Position numbers and translations under genes: made by a program
Shown: piece after piece, positions 58,456-64,000 of the stretch
Numbering within the stretch: position 1 is the stretch's first letter
How the letters are laid out: every line of letters starts with the position of its first letter
Notes under the pieces: generated by a model
Told to the model about the DNA's origin: nothing
Seen by the model: only the letters and a program-made list of their open reading frames with translations
Database searches by the model: none
Assembly (NCBI GenBank): GCA_965249865.1
Contig: CBDFMZ010000002.1
Location: 1,483,304-1,547,303 of the forward strand
Direction: 5' to 3'
From: Acidobacteriota bacterium
Lineage (GTDB): Bacteria > Acidobacteriota > UBA6911 > RPQK01 > CBDFMZ01
DNA length: 64,000 nucleotides

Positions 58456-59538
58456 TCAGGGCCGGGTCGAATCTTCGCGAACCACAGGTAACTCGATTTT
58501 CAGCTTTCGCGCGACGATACGCAGATTACGGACGGTTCCTTCCGGTAGCGGGATACCGGAGCGGAGACGCTCCCGGTAGACCCTTTCTTCCGGTTCACCA
58601 GGGACAAAAATTTCATCGACTCCTTCGGCTCTGGGAAGGGCTTTCAGGGCGTCGATGAGTTGATCTACCTGGCCCTTGTAGCTGGCCATGTCGGTGAACG
58701 CGGCGATGTCAACCGCCGCCAGAAACCCGTTCTGTTGAGCAAAGTTGATCCGTCCTTCACGGAGCAGCGCAGGCACGATGAGTGGATTGCCCACCATGAG
58801 GCTGGAGAGGCACTCCAACATGAGGGCCAGCCCTGAACCCTTGGGTCCTCCGGCCGGCAGCAGGGTCGTACACAGTTTCGGATCGGTGGTCGGGTTACCA
58901 TCCTGGTCCAGACCCCAGCCCTCCGGGAGAGGAATACCCTTGTCGATGGCGAGCAGGACTTTTCCTCCTGCCGCTACGCTTGTCGCCATATCGAGAATGA
59001 GGGGTTGATGGCGCTCAGCCGGCACGGCAATCGCTATCGGGCTGTTGTGCACACCTGCTGCCCGGGCCCCGTAAGGAGCCATGTTGGGTGGGCTACACAC
59101 CGAGGCGATCCCAGCCATGTCTTCCTTTGCGGCCATGAGAGAATAGTAGCCCATGGCACCCTGATGTGACGTATTGTGGATGAGACACCACCCGATACCG
59201 AGTTCCTTGGCCTTTTTCATTACCCGGTCCATGGCCATCGTGGTCACCACGGGACCGAGGGCGCAGTCTGCATCGATCAGCAAAGTGGCGGGTGTCTCCC
59301 GGAGAATGCGGATGTTGGGCCTGGGGTTCATAAGACCCTCTTCCAGGTTTGCCACGTAGTTGGGAATCAACAGCACACCGTGCGAGTCCACCCCGCGCAG
59401 ATTGGCCCAGATGAGCACTTCGGCCTCCGTCTCCGCATCTTCGGGTGGCACACCCACCCGCATGAATACCTCCCTGGTGAATTGTTTCAGGTCTTCCCAC
59501 CTAACACGAACTCCTTGCTGTGACATGGTTTCCTCCAT
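58456..59538 (-). CDS. Ldh2-family (malate/L-lactate/ureidoglycolate/sulfolactate) dehydrogenase
   Basis: LIWANLRGVDSHGV...IHNTSHQGAMGYY...ATSVAAGGKV matches the type-2 Mdh/Ldh family. The start was set at the internal Met. Confidence 0.7.
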   Translation of the reverse strand: MEETMSQQGVRVRWEDLKQFTREVFMRVGVPPEDAETEAEVLIWANLRGVDSHGVLLIPNYVANLEEGLMNPRPNIRILRETPATLLIDADCALGPVVTTMAMDRVMKKAKELGIGWCLIHNTSHQGAMGYYSLMAAKEDMAGIASVCSPPNMAPYGARAAGVHNSPIAIAVPAERHQPLILDMATSVAAGGKVLLAIDKGIPLPEGWGLDQDGNPTTDPKLCTTLLPAGGPKGSGLALMLECLSSLMVGNPLIVPALLREGRINFAQQNGFLAAVDIAAFTDMASYKGQVDQLIDALKALPRAEGVDEIFVPGEPEERVYRERLRSGIPLPEGTVRNLRIVARKLKIELPVVREDSTRP

Positions 59539-60218
59539 TGACTGACACGCGCCTGCAAGCGGAACCAGCCGCCGGGCTGGTTTCCCTTGTAACTGACCAA
59601 CTTCCAGCACGACAAAACTTCGAGGTGACCCGAGTGAAGAACTTCGAACTTCTAGCTAGGGGCTTGATTTGTTGACTCCGGCCAGCCAGTCTGCGAAGTC
59701 ACCCTGTCGCCACGTGTACTGAGGCTGGTAGCCCAACAGCCGGGTGGCCTTTTGGTTCGACCAGAGGGAGGCGTAACCCTGCAGGGGCCTCTTTAGAGGT
59801 ACATGTGAGTAGTATCGAGAGAGGAGTTCAGGGGTCTCCACCCTGGAAGACGTGTCATAGCCACCGAACACGAAGACCTCATACTTAAGGTCCTCATTTT
59901 CCACCGCCAGCCGGACGGCTTGCGCCGTATCCCTTGCATCCGTAAAACCCCACAATATGTTGCGCGGTGCCGGTGGACCCGGTACGGGCCACTCCTCTTC
60001 AGGAGCATCTTCTACGGTCTTGAGGTATCTCCTGGTCCAAATGTCTTCGACCGTAAGTCCCTTAGCCCAGCTTGACTGAGTGGCTACTTCGGCCTCGTTC
60101 CTCTTGATGTACCAACTGTTGTTGATACGCAAGCAGAGGGTTCGTATCCCGTAAGCGTCCGAGTATCTCTTGCAGGTGATTTCAGCCAACAGTTTGCTCA
60201 ATCCGTATTCGTCGTGTG

Positions 60219-60231
60219 GCCGGCAAGGATG
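60219..60231. repeat. 13-bp direct repeat GCCGGCAAGGATG (left copy) flanking the IS remnant
   Basis: The sequence is identical to 60754-60766. It encodes the duplicated HPCR peptide of the split epimerase. Confidence 0.75.
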
Positions 60232-60753
60232 AATTCTCCGCACGATTGTTCAGCCAGCGGCCGGCTTGTTGCAGACCGAATCCGCCCAGTTCGCGCAACG
60301 CCGCTCGGTAAGACCTCAGCCGATCAGTGATGATCGCATCCGGCCTGCCGTAGCGCTTCATTAGTTTCCTGAGGAATTTCAAAGCGGCTTCGCGGTCTCT
60401 CTTCTTCGAGACAAAGGCCTCAAGCACCTCGCCTTCCTGGTCGACGGCTCGCCAAAGGTAATGACCTTCGCCGTTGATCTTCACGAACATCTCATCGAGG
60501 TGCCACCGCAACCCGAAAACGCGCGCATTCGATCCATCCGCTTCTTGCGGATCTCGGCGGCTAAATCGGGCCGAACCGGTTCCACCAGAACCGGACTCGT
60601 GGCTCACCTCGATCCCACGCTCGTGAAGAAGGTCCTCGACATCACTGCCAGGCGGATGATCTCGGGCGAGGTCTTGAAATAGCGAAAGGGGTTCTTCATC
60701 CGAAGACACTACAAGGCGCATCTCGCCGACTCAAGCCAGTTTCCTCTGACAAT
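60232..60753 (-). mobile_element. Degraded IS6-family (IS26-like) insertion sequence remnant
   Basis: The minus strand encodes WHLDEMFVKINGEGHYLWRAVDQEGEVLEAFVSKKRDREAALKFLRKLMKRYGRPDAIITDRLRSYRAAL...RWLNNRAENS, matching the IS6 DDE transposase core (W-H-x-D-E...YLWRAVD...ITD). The N-terminal HTH part is spread over three frames (EVSHES / VRFWWNRFGP / DLAAEIRKKR). The C-terminal ~60 aa and a clear right IR are missing. Confidence 0.65.
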
Positions 60754-60766
60754 GCCGGCAAGGATG
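60754..60766. repeat. 13-bp direct repeat GCCGGCAAGGATG (right copy)
   Basis: Identical to 60219-60231. Confidence 0.75.
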
Positions 60767-61222
60767 TTCTTCGTCGATAGGGAGGTAGTCCGGAACGATC
60801 TCATGCTTTTGAAAGCAGAACCCCGTCGCCGCACAGGAAGAAGCAAAGACCACCTTCCCTACACCTGCCCGAAGGGCTCCCTCCAGAACGTGTACGGTTC
60901 CCACTACGTTGACTTCGATCATTCGCTCGGGCCGGGGGCCCGCCCGGGCCCCGGTACAGCGGCCAGGTGGATCACGGCGTTGGTACCGTGACACGCTTGG
61001 GCGAGCTTCTCCGAATCCATTATGTCGCCCCGAATGGACTCGGCTCCTTTCACCTTCGGTCCACTGCGGCTATAGTCCGCTACAGTATGACCGGCTTGGA
61101 GCAACTCACGGAGCACATAGCTCCCGAGAAGACCACTGCCGCCCGTGACGAGGATTTTCATGAGATCTCCCTTTCAAGGTGAACCTTCTTCTCTCCTGAC
61201 CGCCCGCAAGTCAAAGCCTGGT

Positions 61223-62357
61223 TCATCCCTTCAACACCTCTCGAAGGGTTGCCTCGATGCCCTCCAGAGCGTCGTCGATATCTTTTTCCGTATGGACCCA
61301 GGAAAAACCATGTTGCCAGCCGCTCATTAAATAGACACCGTGTTGGAGGGCCGTGCGATAGAAGCGAAGCTGAAGTTCCCAGTCGATTCTTGCCGTATCC
61401 CCCCACTCCCGCAAGAGGTCTCCGGTGCTAAAATACATGCCGAAGCGGTTGCCGACAGCCTGGATGTGCCCTGCGCCGTAACGCTGGAATAATTCACCCA
61501 GCCCGTCATAGAGGCGCTTTTCCAATCGTTTCTGGTGCTCCCACACGGCCTGTGTTGCGGCAATTTCTAAAAACACCTCGGCCGCGTGCATCACCAAAAC
61601 CTGACCATAGTAGGTTCCCTGGTTGATGACCTCACTCACCGGAGCGAGGCAATAGACCTTCGAGATAGCCGGTGAAATTGATCGGCTCCATGATGACAGC
61701 GGCAGTCCTGTCTCCCTCTCGCTTCAGTAGATCCTCCAAAAAGTTCCAGGTCCTTCCACGGGAGTATGGACACATAGTTACCTACCTCCGGGATGGTGCC
61801 GGCGCTCTCCCCCCCGAACAGTGGACGAAGCTCGCGGTCCTGTCTCGTCGAGTCGAGTGAAGCAGTTGAACTGCAGTACATCGTTGTGTCCGTGGTAGTG
61901 CCCTTCAAACTTGACGACCTTGAGTTTCCCCGTAAACGCCCGAGCTACCCTTACAGCCAGTGCCGTGGCCTCCGTACCCGTGAACATGAGTCGCACGAGC
62001 TCGGCACAGGGGAGCATCTCCACAAGCCGTTGCGCCACGCGGCTGGGGAACACGGTCTCCTTGCCCGCACATAATTCCCCTCTCGATCCCCTTGTGAAGG
62101 GCCGCCTTGATAGCCGGATGACTGTGTCCAACGAGCGCGGCACCATGCCCACAATTGAGGTCGACATATCTTCTGCCGTCCAAGTCAAACAGGTAGGCCC
62201 CACTGCCACGAGAGACAAAGAACGGACGACCGTCCAGCTCCTCGCGCCGGCGGCCCGGTGTGGTCATGCCTGCCACAAGGTAGCGAGATGCAAACTCAAA
62301 GGCCTCATCGCTGCAAAGCTCTCTCTCGGCGTACGTATCAGACTCTGCTCTGGACAT
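61223..62357 (-). pseudogene. Class-III (GSA-aminotransferase/HemL-like) aminotransferase broken by at least four frameshifts
   Basis: The ordered pieces are FVSRGSGAYLFDLDGRRYVDLNCGHGAALVGHSHPAIKAAL, ELVRLMFTGTEATALAVRVARAFTGKLKVVKFEGHYHGHNDVL, IPEVGNYVSILP (other frame), and the C-terminus RFGMYFS...GVYLMSGWQHGFSWVHTEKDIDDALEGIEATL. Different frames are used, and there are gaps between the pieces. Confidence 0.55.
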
Positions 62358-62595
62358 CCCCTAAATCTCTTCTGTGATCCAATCTTTCATCGCTCTGCAA
62401 AGATGAGTGCATTGATGAACCCGAGCACACAAGGAATTCAGTTCATCATAGAACAGCCGTTCTCGTGCAGGTAAGCATACTCGACAATTTGTTGAAATTC
62501 ATCCCCGCAGCATCTAGAATGGTGTTTCTTCACGGAGGTGAAGTGCGGTGGTGTGCACACCTCTTGGCTGCACATTTTTCCAGGAACGATCCTAA

Positions 62596-63066
62596 ATGAC
62601 ACACGAAGTACAGATGGCCACAAGACTGACCATCATTGTAGTTATGACGTTTACCATCACTCTGGGGCTCCAGAGACATGTCGCCACTCAGGAAGCATCT
62701 AACCAGGAAAAGAAAACGGAGCGGATCGCTATTTCGGAGTTGAAGAAAAAGCTCGACAGCGGCGAAGAGTTCCTGTTGATCGATGTCCGTGAAGACTGGG
62801 AACTAGAAAAAGACGGCGCCATCCCCGGCGTCATCCACATCCCAGTGGCCGAGCTCGATCAACGAATGAAGGACATCCCCAAAGACATTGAGCTCGTCTT
62901 TTACTGAAGGGGTGGAGGGCGTGCGGCGCGCGCTGCCGAGAAATTCATCCAAGCGGGTTACAAAGCGGGGGGGTTTTGTAGCCTTAGCGATTGGAAGAAA
63001 GCAGGACAGGAAATCGTTGAAAAGGTGGACCGGCCAACAGAAGGATCAATCCAGCCGAAACACTAA
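62596..63066 (+). CDS. Periplasmic single-domain rhodanese (sulfurtransferase) with in-frame TGA at the active-site Cys position: candidate selenoprotein, or alternatively a nonsense pseudogene
   Basis: Signal peptide/TM, then the rhodanese fold (LIDVREDWE...GVIHIPVAEL...IELVFY-TGA-RGGGRAARAAEKFIQAGYKAGGF...W). The TGA at 62905-62907 sits exactly where CxxGxR rhodaneses have the catalytic Cys. The frame continues cleanly to TAA at 63064-63066. Confidence 0.55.
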
Positions 63067-63371
63067 GTGTCTCGTTTTATCGATACGATGACATTTGTGG
63101 CACTCGCCACAATTATGAAACCAAGTACTAAACGTATCAGTGTCACTTCGAATTCAAAAGTATCCCTGCTAGTTCGGACGGAGTCCGGGTCGAGGCACCC
63201 GGTTTTGAAACCTATCAGTCTCTTCAATCCATCAGCTACTCCATCATAGATTCATCATCTAATTAGAAAGTAGCAGATTGGCACTGTAAATCGTGGGCCA
63301 ACCTTCCCGAAGCTACATGACTATGAAAATTGACCACCGAAGGACAATATCTATCGATGAGTGGGAAGCCA

Positions 63372-63980
63372 TTAAAACTGAGTTCGACTCAAGATGGATT
63401 CGGCGTATCGGAGCTCTCCCGTCAACCCATCGTAGTATTGGAAGACCACCTGAGGATGGGGAAAAGCCACCCATCGCTCCCGGCCGAGCTCTACAGGATT
63501 ATTGAAGACATTGTTGACCTGAACGACGCAATAGAAGGGGTGAAACCTGAGAGAAGCGGAAGTCATATCGTTGAGCAAGTAGCTCGACCAGCGGATCTCG
63601 CACTGGCGGCCCTGAGAGTCGAAAACACCATTGGCCGGTCGATTCCCCTCGTCACTGGCCATATGGTTGGCTGAGTTGTGCGGTCCTGAGGCGAACTCCC
63701 AGACCCGGTCGGTGATCTTAATCACAAAACTGTTGTGCAAATCTCCCGTGAGAACGAAAACAGGTTTTCCTAAAGAGTCCCAGAACTGAATAAGTTGTTC
63801 GCGCTCTTCAAGAAACACAGTCCAGGCATCGTCCTTGTTGACTGGGGCGACTTTCCAACTGCCCCCCGCCGTGTGGGGAACCATAAGGTTGACCGAGGAG
63901 ACGACGAAGAGGAACTCAGAGTCACTCTCAACCATCGCTTTCATCAACCAGTCCTTCTGTCGTGTCCCCAGCATCGACAA
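63372..63980 (-). CDS. PhoD-like/metallophosphoesterase family protein (C-terminal part)
   Basis: VFVLTGDLHNSFV is the GDxHN metallophosphatase motif. The ORF starts 20 bp from the window edge, so the N-terminus may be incomplete or misassigned. Confidence 0.35.
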   Translation of the reverse strand: MSMLGTRQKDWLMKAMVESDSEFLFVVSSVNLMVPHTAGGSWKVAPVNKDDAWTVFLEEREQLIQFWDSLGKPVFVLTGDLHNSFVIKITDRVWEFASGPHNSANHMASDEGNRPANGVFDSQGRQCEIRWSSYLLNDMTSASLRFHPFYCVVQVNNVFNNPVELGRERWVAFPHPQVVFQYYDGLTGELRYAESILSRTQF

Positions 63981-64000
63981 GCCCGGCTGGTCGGGATGCT

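Larger units (their letters stand above)
59656..61161 (-). pseudogene. NAD-dependent epimerase/dehydratase gene, disrupted by an IS6-family insertion plus a frameshift
   Basis: The N-terminal piece MKILVTGGSGLLGSYV (Rossmann GxxGxxG) ...NVVGTVHVLEGA...VVFASS...PIDEEHPCR lies in one stretch, and the C-terminal piece HPCRPHDEYGLSKLLAE (catalytic YxxxK) in another. The two pieces are separated by 60232-60753. There is also a frameshift in the GC-rich run around 60930-60990. Confidence 0.65.

Noticed and set aside
62888-63091. 67-aa ORF after the rhodanese stop
   Set aside because: It is in the wrong frame. The rhodanese frame itself continues through TGA into a proper rhodanese C-terminus, so this ORF is an artefact of the recoded or nonsense TGA.
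1-64000. CRISPR arrays, tRNA or rRNA genes
   Set aside because: No spaced direct-repeat arrays were seen. Intergenic regions were scanned by eye for T-loop-like GTTCGA motifs and cloverleaf symmetry without a hit. All ribosomal-size regions are protein-coding.

Overview
This 64-kb window is about 55-60% GC and gene-dense, with a mixed housekeeping and accessory character. The gene content suggests an Acidobacteria- or PVC-group-like soil bacterium, but this is inference only. Features are listed left to right.

- **1-6.3 kb:** a partial endonuclease IV gene (nfo) lies at the left edge. It is followed by a frameshifted sodium:solute symporter with an upstream small membrane partner. After that come an HpcH-family aldolase, a PHP-domain (HisJ-type) phosphatase, a Zn alcohol dehydrogenase, a glyoxalase-family protein, and a secreted protein with a cysteine cluster.
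- **6.7-14.7 kb:** this cluster looks like small-molecule or amide tailoring and hydrolysis. It contains a NodU/CmcH carbamoyltransferase, a HAD phosphatase, a penicillin-acylase-family Ntn hydrolase, a radical-SAM/SPASM enzyme, a small secreted FN3-like protein and a D-aminoacylase.
- **14.7-17.1 kb:** an operon on the minus strand encodes an Fe-S-type APS reductase (cysH), a precorrin-2 dehydrogenase (sirC-like) and uroporphyrinogen-III methyltransferase (cobA).
- **17.4-24.0 kb:** a degraded second penicillin-acylase paralogue abuts an RND efflux operon (permease, membrane fusion protein, TolC-like outer-membrane factor).
- **24.2-29.9 kb:** proC, a hypothetical protein, a VWA protein, a HAD hydrolase, a Rieske ferredoxin, an AhpD-like protein and lipA.
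- **30.7-46.3 kb:** the largest block is a complete but unusually organised complex I locus. A nuoJ-K-(L/M/N-like module) operon precedes nuoA-B-C-D-EF-G-H-I, separated by a terminator-like hairpin and tandem -10 boxes. The module carries an extra MrpD-like antiporter subunit (frameshifted), an 87-aa two-TM protein, and a NuoL whose TM7 lysine is replaced by Asn. NuoE and NuoF are fused.
- **46.6-51.2 kb:** a PSCyt1/DUF1549/DUF1553 protein and its DUF1501 partner, the standard PVC/Acidobacteria pair.
- **51.3-55.6 kb:** a divergent tesA / ybbA-ybbP-like locus (FtsX-type ABC permease, ABC ATPase, GDSL esterase).
- **55.6-62.4 kb:** a genome-decay island. It holds fragments of a polar-amino-acid ABC transporter, an Asp/Glu-racemase-family remnant, and an NAD-epimerase gene interrupted by a degraded IS6-family element flanked by 13-bp direct repeats. 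A class-III aminotransferase here is broken by at least four frameshifts.
- **62.6-63.1 kb:** a periplasmic single-domain rhodanese whose catalytic cysteine codon is an in-frame TGA, making it a candidate selenoprotein.
- **Right edge:** a PhoD/metallophosphoesterase-like gene.

Several frameshifts sit at homopolymers and may be assembly indels. The provided ORF track uses non-ATG starts, so many start coordinates were re-estimated.
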